Source of the DNA: an uncultured Verrucomicrobiota bacterium
GTDB taxonomy: Bacteria > Verrucomicrobiota > Verrucomicrobiia > Opitutales > UBA9783
Reading direction: 5' to 3'
Length of the DNA: 64,000 nt
Assembly (NCBI GenBank): GCA_946186275.1
Contig: CAMHMO010000004.1
Location: 20,616-84,615 of the forward strand
The translations under genes and the position numbers were made by a program. Below, piece by piece: positions 1-10,024 of the stretch (the stretch's first letter is position 1; each line of letters starts with the position of its first letter). The notes below the pieces were generated by a model, which saw only the letters and a list, made by a program, of their open reading frames with translations, was not told where the DNA came from and made no database searches.

Positions 1-645
1 CTGCGTCAAAAACCGCCATTTCGCCCTGAAAGTAATCCTCCCGGAATGCAATTCATCAGGATTATATTCATGATACCTGTAATCGATACTTCCGAAATCC
101 GACCGCGCCATACCCGCACCGACACCGCCGTACAAAAATGTGCGTTCATTTACATCTTTCTTCAATGTCACGTTAACGGCGGCAAAAAGATTTCTATACT
201 TCCCGTCTGTCCTGCAATACCCGTCATTGCCACTGAGATACAACGCACCGGTAAAATTGTATCCCGAATTTAAATGTTCAAGAGTATTTTCCTCACTCCC
301 AAAAACCTTTTTCCCTTTCAACGTAAAATACCCCAATTCCAATCCAACGGAAACACGATCCTCATAAAATGAAACGCCGACCTCGCCGGAACCCGACCAA
401 GCACTTCCGAAATTTTTACTGCTGCCGACACTTTTTTCATCATCCAGGGCAGGCACCATGGTGGCATCGTGTCCGACCCAATGGTAATTGTACTTTGTTT
501 TTCCTCCGAACAGCCATCCGCCGCGCAATGTCACATACGGATTGTACTCCCGTTCGTAATCAATGTCCGATCCGCCCGTCGCTCCCGACGCCACACCCGA
601 CAGCATTCCAACCATGCCTGCCGTAAAAAGAAACCTGCCTTTCAT
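1..645 (-). CDS. Outer-membrane beta-barrel protein (OmpA-like/porin-family barrel), C-terminus runs off the window
   Basis: Not in the ORF track because it is open to the window edge. My reverse-strand translation from the ATG at 645 reads MKGRFLFTAGMVGMLSGVASGATG (signal peptide), followed by alternating aromatic/Gly-rich strands (YVTLRGGWLFGG, VGLELGYF, FLYGGVGAGMA). Confidence 0.5.
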   Translation of the reverse strand, partial: MKGRFLFTAGMVGMLSGVASGATGGSDIDYEREYNPYVTLRGGWLFGGKTKYNYHWVGHDATMVPALDDEKSVGSSKNFGSAWSGSGEVGVSFYEDRVSVGLELGYFTLKGKKVFGSEENTLEHLNSGYNFTGALYLSGNDGYCRTDGKYRNLFAAVNVTLKKDVNERTFLYGGVGAGMARSDFGSIDYRYHEYNPDELHSGRITFRAKWRFLTQ

Positions 646-856
646 GATATTCACCTCATTATATGTCATTGTATGTATGTATCAAGGTGGATTTTGAAAA
701 ATTTGAAGCAAAAAAATCGCAAGAAAGAAATATATGCCGCATTTCGCCATGCTTTCGTACGCGGTTTTCGAGTGAAGGCAGAGCCGTTATGCCTCCAAAG
801 TCATCGCCGTCGCATCGTTCCGGATGCCACTTTCGGGCTGAGTATTTTTATGTTTT

Positions 857-1243
857 TTAACTCACCGCTGCAACCGCTACAGCATAAGCTTTACAGTGCG
901 ACAGGGAAATTTCGACGTTCGTACCGCCGCACTGTTTTAAATAAAATTCGCCGTTTTGATCCAAAAAGACCCGCGGCATACCGTTGGCGTCGTTGCGAAC
1001 TTCAATCGATATCCATTTCAACTTTGAACCGAACAAACCGACGCCGAAGGCTTTCGAAACCGCCTCTTTCGCGGCAAAGCGTGCCGCAAACGACGGCCAG
1101 GGGACGAGCTTTGACATGCAATACGCCCATTCGTGCTCGGTGAAAATCATTCCGCGCACCCGCTCGCCGTGCCGTTCGACCAGATGGCGGATGCGTTCGA
1201 TTTCAACAATGTCGGTTCCGATACGCATGGTTTGCTCAGTCAC
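857..1243 (-). CDS. acpS: Holo-[acyl-carrier-protein] synthase (4'-phosphopantetheinyl transferase)
   Basis: 128 aa. The GTDIVEIERI motif and FAAKEAVSKA motif are typical of AcpS. It overlaps the upstream gene by 8 nt. Confidence 0.85.
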   Translation of the reverse strand: MTEQTMRIGTDIVEIERIRHLVERHGERVRGMIFTEHEWAYCMSKLVPWPSFAARFAAKEAVSKAFGVGLFGSKLKWISIEVRNDANGMPRVFLDQNGEFYLKQCGGTNVEISLSHCKAYAVAVAAVS

Positions 1244-2213
1244 ATCTTGTGTCGTTTAAATTGCCGCCGAAGCAGTTTTCTTCAAACGTCTGCGGATACC
1301 GTCCCGCCGCCGTCTGTTCCGTCAAAAAATTCTCGACGACTTCCGTATCATCGGCATACGTCACCCCCAGCCACCGACCGCGGATATTGCTTAAAAGGTG
1401 CAGGTCTTTATGTTGCTGTTTCAGAACCGCTTGAACGGCGGTCGGCAGAAAAAATTCTTCGTTCTTTGGATCGCTTACGTTTGACAGAAATGTTTTCCAC
1501 TGCGCTTTCAACGGTTGCAGGACGGTTTGCGGAAGGACGAAAAAGTTCAGCGATGTCGGTTGTTTTGGATCAAGTGCGACAATGGCATCTGCCGTGTCTG
1601 CCGAACCCGCAGAGGGCGTTTCGAGAACCTGCGATGAACAGACTTTGCGCTTCCCGACAACTTCATTGTCCCGAATTTCACATGTATATTCATCCAATCG
1701 GAGCACATTGTTATTTTCGACGGTACACAGCGCGCGCGAAACGCTTCCGTTCGGCGAAAGCGTAACTTCCAGCGGATAGGCAACCAAAGCCGCTTCCGAC
1801 GGGTATTGAGCGATAAAATCTGCCGCAAGTTGATAAGCGTTGCGACCGTAAAAATCATCGCCGTTCACGATTACAAAGGGCGTTTCGATAAAAGCACTCG
1901 CGGCGACCAATGCCTGCCCAGTTCCCCACGGTTTGACGCGTCCGTTTCGCCACATCTGCGGAACATCGTCGTCCGTTTGCAACACACAGCGGGCAACATC
2001 CTCCAAATGCCTTTCCTTAAATAATGTTTGAAAGGCTTTGTGCGTATCGGGGCTGACGACGGCGATAAAACGCCGAAATCCCGCTTCCCGTGCATCAAAG
2101 AGTGCGTATTCCGCCAAAAAAGCCTCTTGCGGTCGGAAGCGATGCAGTTGCTTCAACCCGCCGAAGCGACTGCCACGCCCCGCCGCGAGAAGAACGAGCG
2201 TTTTTTCAACCAT
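1236..2213 (-). CDS. Sugar-phosphate nucleotidyltransferase family protein
   Basis: 325 aa. The N-terminal LLAAGRGSRFGG motif is the NTP-transferase signature. It has 8-nt overlaps with both neighbours, consistent with an operon with the GT2 gene and acpS. Confidence 0.7.
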   Translation of the reverse strand: MVEKTLVLLAAGRGSRFGGLKQLHRFRPQEAFLAEYALFDAREAGFRRFIAVVSPDTHKAFQTLFKERHLEDVARCVLQTDDDVPQMWRNGRVKPWGTGQALVAASAFIETPFVIVNGDDFYGRNAYQLAADFIAQYPSEAALVAYPLEVTLSPNGSVSRALCTVENNNVLRLDEYTCEIRDNEVVGKRKVCSSQVLETPSAGSADTADAIVALDPKQPTSLNFFVLPQTVLQPLKAQWKTFLSNVSDPKNEEFFLPTAVQAVLKQQHKDLHLLSNIRGRWLGVTYADDTEVVENFLTEQTAAGRYPQTFEENCFGGNLNDTRCD

Positions 2214-2952
2214 CTTTTCGCTTTAATTCCAGCGCAAGCAGGTATTTTAAAAAACAGAAAAATGCCTGCATGGCGGAAACATAAAAACCCGCAAAACCTT
2301 TCAAAAACAGTCCTTTTCGGAGGTAAAAAGAAAAAAAGTTCAACCCGGGATGCATGAGACACTTCAACATTAAACCGAATTGCGAGTACTTTTTGGCATA
2401 ATCGGCGGCGCGAATGCGCGCATAACGTACGTTTTTCTCCAATGCATGCAGGACGTTTTTCTCCGTGTAATGCCGCAAATAACCGTCTAATACTTGCGTT
2501 TTCCCTTGAAAACACGCGCGTTCGTGCACCGATCCTTCCCAATGTACCGCCGATTTTTTGATTAAAAACAAACTGCGATCGACGGAACACCAGCGACCGA
2601 ACTGACGATTGATGCGTTTTACGAAGCAGGCCGTCGTTTGTTCACACAAAGAGCTTTTGAAAAACGCTTCCGCGGATGCATACAGCTCAGGGGTGACTTC
2701 TTCGTCGGCATCGATGCATAACAGCCATGCCTCTTTGGCTTGCGAAGCGGCAAAATTCCTTTGTTTGCCGAAACCTTCCCAGGGATGTTCAATGACGCGC
2801 GCTCCAAAACCTTCGGCAATTTTCCGCGTATCATCTGTGCAATCATTAATGACCACCACAATTTCCCGCACCCGACCGCGCAACGATTGCAGGCAAAGGG
2901 AGAGAGTTTCCGCCGCGTTGCTTGCGATGATGACCGCCGATACCGGAAGCAT
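2206..2952 (-). CDS. Family 2 glycosyltransferase (LPS-core type)
   Basis: 248 aa. It has VSAVIIASNAAETL at the N-terminus, a DxD-like CIDADEE motif, and a hydrophobic C-terminal tail. Confidence 0.8.
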   Translation of the reverse strand: MLPVSAVIIASNAAETLSLCLQSLRGRVREIVVVINDCTDDTRKIAEGFGARVIEHPWEGFGKQRNFAASQAKEAWLLCIDADEEVTPELYASAEAFFKSSLCEQTTACFVKRINRQFGRWCSVDRSLFLIKKSAVHWEGSVHERACFQGKTQVLDGYLRHYTEKNVLHALEKNVRYARIRAADYAKKYSQFGLMLKCLMHPGLNFFSFYLRKGLFLKGFAGFYVSAMQAFFCFLKYLLALELKRKDG

Positions 2953-3186
2953 GACAGTTCTATGCTACCGTGTTGCGAAGAAACGTCAATTTTGAATGGC
3001 AAGGTTCCCCAAAGGCACCTCACCGCCGTCTGGTGCCGAAACGATGTTATGCGGGACAAAACGAAAACACGGAAACTGTTCGCAATGTGCCGCCAACATG
3101 AAAGGCTCGTGTTTTTTTAAAAAAACACAGGGACAACAGAGGAGGACGGGTTGAGGAAACAGGACCTAAATGCCGACGTGTTGTTA

Positions 3187-3525
3187 CTATTTATCTCTCA
3201 AAGCGCGTTTGGCTTCTTCCAAGGTCTTACAGTATGTAAAACATTCGGAAAATCCCGAAATGCCGAAAATCTGTTTTACCAGCGGCGTCGGATGTGCCAA
3301 AGCAACCATCGAACGTCCTTTGAGTTCTTTCAATAACGTCAACAGGGTTTGCAAACCCGCTTCACTGACGAAATCCCAATGCGTTCCGTCCAGAATGATA
3401 TACTTCGGGCAGTTGTTTAAAAATTCGCGACACGCTGCTTCGAACGTCGGTGCATAAACGGCATCCAGGGAGCCTTCCAAGGTTATAACCACCGTATTGC
3501 CGTCCCGCTCCTGCCGAATGTTCAT
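3187..3525 (-). CDS. STAS-domain protein (anti-sigma-factor antagonist family)
   Basis: 112 aa. The layout VVITLEGSLD...FVSEAGLQTLL is typical of SpoIIAA/RsbV-like STAS domains. Confidence 0.75.
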   Translation of the reverse strand: MNIRQERDGNTVVITLEGSLDAVYAPTFEAACREFLNNCPKYIILDGTHWDFVSEAGLQTLLTLLKELKGRSMVALAHPTPLVKQIFGISGFSECFTYCKTLEEAKRALRDK

Positions 3526-3710
3526 AAACTTTTCCTTTTACGGTCGCCGTTACAGAGTGACGTACCATGTATATCGGACAGTTTTGCCGTTTTTTCGACC
3601 CGACACTTCGAATTTTGCAATAAACGCCTCGGATAACGGTTTGTTGCCGTCTGCATTATGCGTATTCGGAGCCAGTTGGGTTCGCTTCAACGCCCGAAAG
3701 CGCATTACGG

Positions 3711-4487
3711 TTGAAAAAACGCAAAAAAAACGCCATTTTGTCGATGATGTTTCCTAAACGGTTTAAAGTAATCGGCGTGTTTGTCGTCGCGTCCCTGTTG
3801 CTTTCGCTCGGCGGCTGTCGTTATCGCGTCGGATTTCCCGTTGATTCGTACAACATCAAAACGATTTACGTCAAACCGACCGTCAAAGAAGCGTTGACGG
3901 CGCAATTGTCGGGCGATTTGACGCGACAGTTGGGCGAGGAAATTCTGCGCAACGGCTTTCTGCGTCTTGCGCCGTCAGACAAGGCCGATGCCACTCTGGA
4001 AACGACGGTGAGTAATTACAACCGCGGTATCAGCGTTGTGGACGAGGATGACGACGAAAAAGCAAAATCCTTGTCTCTCAGTGCCACCTGCAAATATACC
4101 CTGCGGGACAATCGCGACAGCAAGATACTTTCGAGTGGTTCCGTTTCGGCGAGCGTCGGCATTACGGCAACCACCAATGCGCAGGCGATTGAGTATCAGC
4201 GTGCTCCGCAACTGACGCGCGCTTTGGCAAAGCAGGTCGCGTCGCAGTTGCTGACGGCTTCGGGCAAGAGGATTACTTCGAAAGGCGCTGATGCAAAAGC
4301 CGATAAAGATACGGGAGAAAAGCTCGAAAGCAGAACCGAGGAAAAACTCTCCGCGAAATCCGTTGAAACAGAACCGTCGGAAGAAAGCGAGATTCAACCG
4401 TTAACCGAAGCATCGGAAGAGGAAACGTGTGATTTAAATCGGTCGGAACAATTTCCCGGGGACAAAGGTGAAATTCACAAACATTGA
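3711..4487 (+). CDS. Lipoprotein, LptE-like (LPS assembly), with an acidic disordered C-terminal tail
   Basis: It has a lipobox LSLGGC. The overall pattern (IYVKP...ADATLETTVSNY...SLSLSATCKYTLRD...) resembles the LptE fold family. The tail is E/S/K-rich. Confidence 0.45.
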   Translation: MKKRKKNAILSMMFPKRFKVIGVFVVASLLLSLGGCRYRVGFPVDSYNIKTIYVKPTVKEALTAQLSGDLTRQLGEEILRNGFLRLAPSDKADATLETTVSNYNRGISVVDEDDDEKAKSLSLSATCKYTLRDNRDSKILSSGSVSASVGITATTNAQAIEYQRAPQLTRALAKQVASQLLTASGKRITSKGADAKADKDTGEKLESRTEEKLSAKSVETEPSEESEIQPLTEASEEETCDLNRSEQFPGDKGEIHKH

Positions 4488-4547
4488 CAAAACGACCGCA
4501 CCGGTGCTTTTCAAAGATATCCAAAAATTAAACAAAACGTCCAAAAA

Positions 4548-5264
4548 TTGAGCCAAGCATTGAAAATTCCCTCTCTCGCGTCGAAAGATCGTACCTTAAA
4601 CGCAGGAGGTGATTATCCTCTGACAGACAGTATCATGACGCGTTTAACGCTTCCCGAAATAATTCCTTCGCTGTTTGCCGCCGATCCGTTGCGTTATTTC
4701 GATGCCCTCAAAGCCGTTGAACGCTTCGGGTGTCATCGCATCCATTTGGACATTATGGACGGGCATTTTGTTTCGAACATCAGCTTCGGCGCGAGCGTTG
4801 TTGCCGCCGTTGCCAAACAAACGCCGTATCTTTTTCGTGAAGTCCATCTGATGGTGCAAAATCCGCAACAACACATCGAAGCTTTCCTCAAAAGCGGCGC
4901 GCAACGACTGTTTATTCACATCGAACTTGCAAATGACGTTTTGCAAGAAACCGTTCGTTTCCTGCAATCCGAAGCCGTCGATTGGGGGGTTGCCGTCAAT
5001 CCCGAAACTTCAATCGAAACTCTGCAAACGTACCGGGATTGGATTTCGAAAACGCAACATCTGCTGTTGATGAGCGTCCGACCGGGCTTTTGCGGGCAAA
5101 CGTTCATCGAAGAGACCTATGAACGTATAAAGGAACTTCGTACACATTTTCCGCATTTGAAACTCTGCATCGACGGCGGTATCCGAACGCCGGAAGCGCA
5201 ACGCTTGCAGGAATTGGGAGCCGAAAGCATCGTTATGGGCTCTGCGTTCTTTAAGACATTGTGA
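4548..5264 (+). CDS. rpe: Ribulose-phosphate 3-epimerase
   Basis: It has the HLDIMDGHFV and HLMV motifs and a C-terminal DGGI motif. The track ORF starts at a TTG at 4548. An ATG at 4635 (MTRLTLPEIIPSLF) is the more likely start. Confidence 0.9.
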   Translation: MSQALKIPSLASKDRTLNAGGDYPLTDSIMTRLTLPEIIPSLFAADPLRYFDALKAVERFGCHRIHLDIMDGHFVSNISFGASVVAAVAKQTPYLFREVHLMVQNPQQHIEAFLKSGAQRLFIHIELANDVLQETVRFLQSEAVDWGVAVNPETSIETLQTYRDWISKTQHLLLMSVRPGFCGQTFIEETYERIKELRTHFPHLKLCIDGGIRTPEAQRLQELGAESIVMGSAFFKTL

Positions 5265-5431
5265 CAGAAATTGCAAAAAACAATCAAAGCCGACAAAAAT
5301 CGGTTGCGAACTTCGGAGAGTTCAACGCGAGCAATGTCCCGTTAAAAAACCGCTTAAGAACTCCGACAGCTCACGTTCTTGCAGTGAAACATTGTTCACC
5401 GCTACTATATGAGAATTACAATGCCCAAAGC

Positions 5432-6013
5432 TTAAAATGCAAGTTCGAGATGTTCCAAATAATTGCAAACAATCTGCTTTGCGTTTCTCAATGTTTCCAC
5501 ATGACCGTCCGCAAAAGCGATTAAACCTCCTTCTGTGCCGTAAAGACTGTCTTTCGACCAAACACCGTTTTCCTTCAAGCCTCTCGAAAAAAACAAGGGC
5601 ATCCTATCCGCCGGCAGGTTGCAACAAGCAACCGGATATGCCATAAAATCAAAATCTTCCTCTTTTAAATCGGGATTTTTTTCTCCGTTGATAAGAATTT
5701 CTTTACGCTGTTTGTTGCTCCGCTTTTGCGATTGGTACGCGGAAACTTCGTTCGGACCGCCGGCTCTCGCCAACGCCACCGCAAAATCAACCGTATTTTT
5801 TACACCCGTTAAATCCAGCTGCCCACTGTTGATCGCCATCGTATATTCCGCCACCAGGTATTCCAAACGTTTTGTATCGGCGAACAAATACACCCTGTCC
5901 ATAACGCGTTTCCCGATCGAGAAAGCGATACTTCCGAAAATTCCCATCACCGCCAACACAATGAGAAATTCCATCAATACAAAGCCACTTTGTTTCTTAA
6001 CACACGTAGCCAT
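5432..6013 (-). CDS. Prepilin-type N-terminal cleavage/methylation domain protein (pseudopilin-like)
   Basis: 193 aa. It has SG|FVLMEFLIVLAVMGI (G-F-x-x-x-E plus a hydrophobic helix) and a C-terminal AFADGHVETL motif, as seen in PVC-group pilin-like families. Confidence 0.75.
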   Translation of the reverse strand: MATCVKKQSGFVLMEFLIVLAVMGIFGSIAFSIGKRVMDRVYLFADTKRLEYLVAEYTMAINSGQLDLTGVKNTVDFAVALARAGGPNEVSAYQSQKRSNKQRKEILINGEKNPDLKEEDFDFMAYPVACCNLPADRMPLFFSRGLKENGVWSKDSLYGTEGGLIAFADGHVETLRNAKQIVCNYLEHLELAF

Positions 6014-6217
6014 AACACTCTTATGCCAATTCGTTTTTTTGAAAGAAGCAAACGTTTTTTGGAAAAAATATAAAAACTTTACATAAACAGGAAAGTTTTT
6101 CTTATTTAAGATAGTCCAAAGTTTATATTTTTGTATTCAAAGAACGCTTTAATCGGTTCGAAAGCACACTTTCAGAAACTTTAAACCATCAAAGCACTTA
6201 CGGAATAAAAAATAGAT

Positions 6218-7153
6218 TCAGAACAACTCGCTCTGTTGAGGTGTCGGTTGCGCACGATCCCGCAATTTTCGCGCCAATTGCTTCAATCCGAGTTGATGCA
6301 GGAGTTGCTCCAATGCTTCCGCGTCGGGGTGTAATGTTTCCAAAAGTGCCGTATAATCTTGAATAAGCTCCGTGCGTCGTTCCAACGTCGCCAGGGCTTG
6401 ATTGCGACACAATAAATCGCGCGACTGTTCCAAAACCGACCGAAAACGTTCCGGTTTTAAGGTTTTGAGATTTTTAAAAACCCCTTCAATCGAACCGTAA
6501 CATTGCAGCCAGGAAGCGGCGGTTTTCGGACCGACGCCCGCAATGCCTGCGTAATTATCGACGGTATCGCCGATGAGTGCCAAAAAATCCGCAATTTGGT
6601 TCGGCCAAACGCCCGTTTTGTCAAACACGCCCTGTTCGTCCAACGATACCCAACCGTGGTGCGAGGGTATGCGTTGCGAAACATTCGCACCGACGCACTG
6701 CATCATATCTTTATCGGCACTGGCAATGATCGCTTGGGAATTTGTTTCTTCCGCAAACGTACACCAGGAACCGATCAAATCATCCGCCTCAATGCCTGTT
6801 TTTTCGCAACACAACATACCCGACAAGGTCGTTGCCTGTTTAACATACGGCATTTGCACCTTGAAATCATCCGGCGTCGGCGCGCGATTGCCCTTGTAAT
6901 CCGCCGCCAGTTGAAGCCGTTTTTCGCAACGTCCGCCGTCAAAACACACAATCGTTACATCTGGCTTCGATTGGACTTCCAACATTCGCAATGAATGCAA
7001 AAAGCCGTAAATCGCCTGCACCGGCATCCCCTGCGCATTGGTTAACGGAGCCACGCCGTAAAAGCACCGAAACGCCAAATTATTGCCGTCAACCAGAAGA
7101 AATGTTTTTGTCATTCCTGCTCTTATACATAATGGGACAATCTCTTTTGGCAA
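6218..7153 (-). CDS. 5'-3' exonuclease / flap endonuclease (Pol I N-terminal-domain-like)
   Basis: 311 aa. LLVDGNNLAFRCFYG, EADDLIGS and a helix-hairpin-helix GIAGVGPKTA are hallmark motifs. Confidence 0.85.
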   Translation of the reverse strand: MPKEIVPLCIRAGMTKTFLLVDGNNLAFRCFYGVAPLTNAQGMPVQAIYGFLHSLRMLEVQSKPDVTIVCFDGGRCEKRLQLAADYKGNRAPTPDDFKVQMPYVKQATTLSGMLCCEKTGIEADDLIGSWCTFAEETNSQAIIASADKDMMQCVGANVSQRIPSHHGWVSLDEQGVFDKTGVWPNQIADFLALIGDTVDNYAGIAGVGPKTAASWLQCYGSIEGVFKNLKTLKPERFRSVLEQSRDLLCRNQALATLERRTELIQDYTALLETLHPDAEALEQLLHQLGLKQLARKLRDRAQPTPQQSELF

Positions 7154-7246
7154 TCGTTTCTCTATTTGTCATGATGGTTACAAATGCCACACAAGGCCGA
7201 ATACACTTGACGAAATTCCTGCATTCGGAAAAAATAAGGTCTGTTG

Positions 7247-7549
7247 ATGAGTGAAGAAAAGTTAGAACTTGAAGGCAAGGTCATTGCGGCTTTATCGGGA
7301 AACACCTTTCGGGTACAGTTAAATCACAATCAACATGAACTTCTGGCGCGTTTATCGGGGAAGTTGCGAAAGAATTTTATCCGCATCGGCGTCGGAGACC
7401 GCGTAAAAGTCGAGATGAACCCGTACGATCTGACGCAGGCGACGATTTGTTTCCGTCTGAAGGAGATGACAACGAATGTGAATCCGCCAAAGCGCAGTTT
7501 CGGACCGCGGCACGGGGCTTCACGCAAACCGAACGCGCCGAAGCGGTAA
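7247..7549 (+). CDS. infA: Translation initiation factor IF-1 with a basic C-terminal extension
   Basis: The S1-like core reads LEGKVIAALSGNTFRVQL...GKLRKNFIRIGVGDRVKVEMNPYDL...FRLK. It is followed by about 27 extra basic residues. Confidence 0.9.
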   Translation: MSEEKLELEGKVIAALSGNTFRVQLNHNQHELLARLSGKLRKNFIRIGVGDRVKVEMNPYDLTQATICFRLKEMTTNVNPPKRSFGPRHGASRKPNAPKR

Positions 7550-7761
7550 AAACCCTCGTCGTTGATTTGTAGTTTGTTTTGGAAGTACGATGTTATCGCG
7601 CAGGTTTTGCGAGTGTGGTTGTGCGTTTTGACCTGTTTGCGAACGTCGTGATATGCTTTTTAATTTTCCAAGCTCAACAAATGTTTTTTTAAGTCTGACG
7701 TGGTTTTTGCTTAATACGGTTTGATAAAACTCCAAAAACTTAAAAAGTTCACGAGAAAACC

Positions 7762-8442
7762 TCAGCGCGTATGCTTCTTCGGGCGTACCGCCAATCGCAA
7801 CGAAAGCTCAGTCTTCTTTTGTTTCTTCGGATGCTCATCAGAACCGAAAAAATGTTGTTCAATCATGCGACACCAACAGTGATAAATCGGAAGATGCAAT
7901 TCCTGTATTTTGTAGGTTTCGTCTTCAGGCGCGCACACACAAACGTCGCAAAGTGCTTTCAACGCACCGCCGGAACGTCCCGTCAAACCAAGCACCTTCA
8001 TGTGTTTGGCGCGTGCTACCCGAACGGCATTTAAGATATTCTCCGAGTTTCCCGATGTACTGATTGCCAATAAGCCGTCGCCCTGCCGCCCTAATGCGTA
8101 CGTTAATTGTGCAAATGCCCACTTCGGATCGCAATCGTTTCCGAAAGCGGTGTGCAGGCCGATAAAATTCGCCAAGGGGATTGCCGGAAGGGCGTGTTGC
8201 AGATGACACGCCAATTCTTCGGGTATGTCGGCAGGCAGTTGCTTGATCATGAACGCTTTCAGCCATTCGCCGGCGATGTGATCGGCATCCGATGCACTGC
8301 CGCCGTTGCCGGCAATCAGCCACTTCCCCGATTGCTGAAAGCCTTCACGCAACAGATGAAATCCCGCTTCCAAGGATGTCCGAAGCGGTTTCAGCGACGG
8401 ATAGTGCTTGATAAGATCAAGCAACAGCGCCTGCGGCTTCAT
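7762..8442 (-). CDS. gmhA: SIS-domain phosphoheptose isomerase-like protein
   Basis: 226 aa. The GNGGSASDADHIAGE and ISTSGNSENILNAV motifs are typical of GmhA/DiaA-type SIS proteins. Confidence 0.7.
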   Translation of the reverse strand: MKPQALLLDLIKHYPSLKPLRTSLEAGFHLLREGFQQSGKWLIAGNGGSASDADHIAGEWLKAFMIKQLPADIPEELACHLQHALPAIPLANFIGLHTAFGNDCDPKWAFAQLTYALGRQGDGLLAISTSGNSENILNAVRVARAKHMKVLGLTGRSGGALKALCDVCVCAPEDETYKIQELHLPIYHCWCRMIEQHFFGSDEHPKKQKKTELSLRLAVRPKKHTR

Positions 8443-8753
8443 AAAGACCGAATTTTATTCAATAAATCTTCTTCCGAAAGCGCACCGATGTGACTACTGA
8501 CCTGTTGCCCGTTTTTAAAAAAAAACAATGCTGGAATGTTGCGGATATTATATTGTTTCACCAACGCCTCCGCATCGCTCTCTTCCACATTGACTTTACC
8601 GATCGCAACGTTTTGCTCCCGCGCTACCTTCTCCAAAATCGGTGCCAGCGCGCGGCACGGACCGCACCACGGTGCCCAAAAATCAACCACCGCCAGCGGT
8701 TGTTGAATAAAGGCTTCGAATGTATCGGATGTTAAAACGGTTATGGTTGACAT
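8439..8753 (-). CDS. trxA: Thioredoxin
   Basis: 104 aa with the WAPWCGPCR active site. A GAGGA Shine-Dalgarno sequence lies upstream. Confidence 0.9.
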   Translation of the reverse strand: MSTITVLTSDTFEAFIQQPLAVVDFWAPWCGPCRALAPILEKVAREQNVAIGKVNVEESDAEALVKQYNIRNIPALFFFKNGQQVSSHIGALSEEDLLNKIRSL

Positions 8754-9003
8754 AAATCCTCTGCTTCCTCATCCGCAGTTTGTATATGGAAGAGACAGGT
8801 TCGCAAGATTTTTTGGAGCGAAAGGTCAAGAGGGCTGAGATATTAGATATGTTTAAAAAGGAGCTTGCTCCGACAGCTAAACAACAAAAAACCAAACTAC
8901 CACGCGCCGCAGGAAACCCTTTCAATCTAAACCTGTATCCTCGAAAAGAATGCGGTGCTTTGCAACCTTGCCGAAACCCCTTGCTTGCGATACTCGATAA
9001 AGC

Positions 9004-9996
9004 TTAATCCTGTTCTTCCTCAACCTTCCCGTCCTCCGCACTTCCTTCCGTCGGTTTTCCATTCGTCGCCTCTCCCTCTCGCTTCTCCCCGATCACCTCA
9101 ATCGGCACGGTCAGTTCATCGAAGCCCTGCGCCGAAACGTATAAGTGACCTTTGCCCGGTTCGCCGCCTTCAATGGAGACCGTCGTGCTTTCTTCGCCTG
9201 TTGCGAGGTGCACTTCCGGCATAATGACGCTGTTCGGGATGTCGGTGGTGACATTGATGTATAAATCGCTCGGAGACGGTCTGTTTGAGCGCAACGTGAA
9301 GTCCGTTTTTTCACCGACGCGCAATAAAATTTCCGTCGGTTCCGCCGTGAAACGACCGCTGTCGATGAGTAAATTGCCGGCAAAATTCATATTTTCGCCG
9401 ATAACGACCGACACGGGATAACTCTTCCCGACTGTCACCGCCGGAACGCGGAACGACAGCACGTTCTCCGAAAGCAATTCCGTCGTTGCATCGTAATCAC
9501 CGACGCGGATGCGGTTGTTTGCCGTAAAGCTGCTCCCGAGAACGCGCACTTCGCTTCCCACGGGGGCGCGGTCAATTTCCAGCGACGAATTGCCGAAGCC
9601 CGAAATCGAAAACGACGCCAGCGGAGTTTTGCGCACGTAATTCTTTATGGTACCGGACCGATATTGTTCGTAACTGACCTGAAAGTAATACTTGGCATCC
9701 GTCCGCGTTGCATCCAGCTCATGGTCATAGTAGTAAAGCCCCGGAATGGCCGCGTCTTCCTTCAGCGGAAACTGTTGCCCGTCGATGATCAACAGCGGTT
9801 TAAAAGTATCCGGAACCAGTTTTTGCGGGTTCACGGCGCACTGCATCGTAAAACGGTATAAATTCGACGGATTGCGCTTCGCCGTTTGCGGCGTCAGATT
9901 GGTGACGTACTGCGATCCGCATCCCGACAGCAGACCGCAACCGACAACCGCGACAAAACGCAAAGCATGCTTTTTCATAGACCGAAACCGTTGCAT
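9004..9996 (-). CDS. Lipoprotein with Ig-like (IPT/TIG-like) repeats and an acidic tail
   Basis: It has a lipobox LLSGCGS, beta-rich repeats (VLGSSFTANNRIRVGD..., SYPVSVVIGEN...) and an E/G/K-rich C-terminus. Confidence 0.55.
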   Translation of the reverse strand: MQRFRSMKKHALRFVAVVGCGLLSGCGSQYVTNLTPQTAKRNPSNLYRFTMQCAVNPQKLVPDTFKPLLIIDGQQFPLKEDAAIPGLYYYDHELDATRTDAKYYFQVSYEQYRSGTIKNYVRKTPLASFSISGFGNSSLEIDRAPVGSEVRVLGSSFTANNRIRVGDYDATTELLSENVLSFRVPAVTVGKSYPVSVVIGENMNFAGNLLIDSGRFTAEPTEILLRVGEKTDFTLRSNRPSPSDLYINVTTDIPNSVIMPEVHLATGEESTTVSIEGGEPGKGHLYVSAQGFDELTVPIEVIGEKREGEATNGKPTEGSAEDGKVEEEQD

Positions 9997-10024
9997 AACT
10001 TATTTTTTTATAAAACACACCGCC

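Noticed and set aside
3109-3128. Perfect 20-nt palindrome GTGTTTTTTTAAAAAAACAC downstream of the STAS gene, considered as a bidirectional terminator.
   Set aside because: The stem would be almost entirely A-U and probably too weak to terminate. It could be a protein-binding site, but nothing else supports this.
6014-6217. Sigma54-like TGGCAT-N5-TGTTA immediately upstream of the pilin-like gene at 6013.
   Set aside because: It lacks the conserved GC of the -12 element and would leave no room before the ATG. It is probably a chance match in an AT-rich region.
9746-10024. N-terminal extensions of track ORFs: hemW from 9746, lptD from 16607, glmS from 20556, tgt from 46128, frr from 38906 and rpmB from 35950.
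   Set aside because: The extensions overlap neighbouring genes or lack homology. Internal Met codons give canonical N-termini such as MCGIIGY for GlmS and a signal peptide for LptD.
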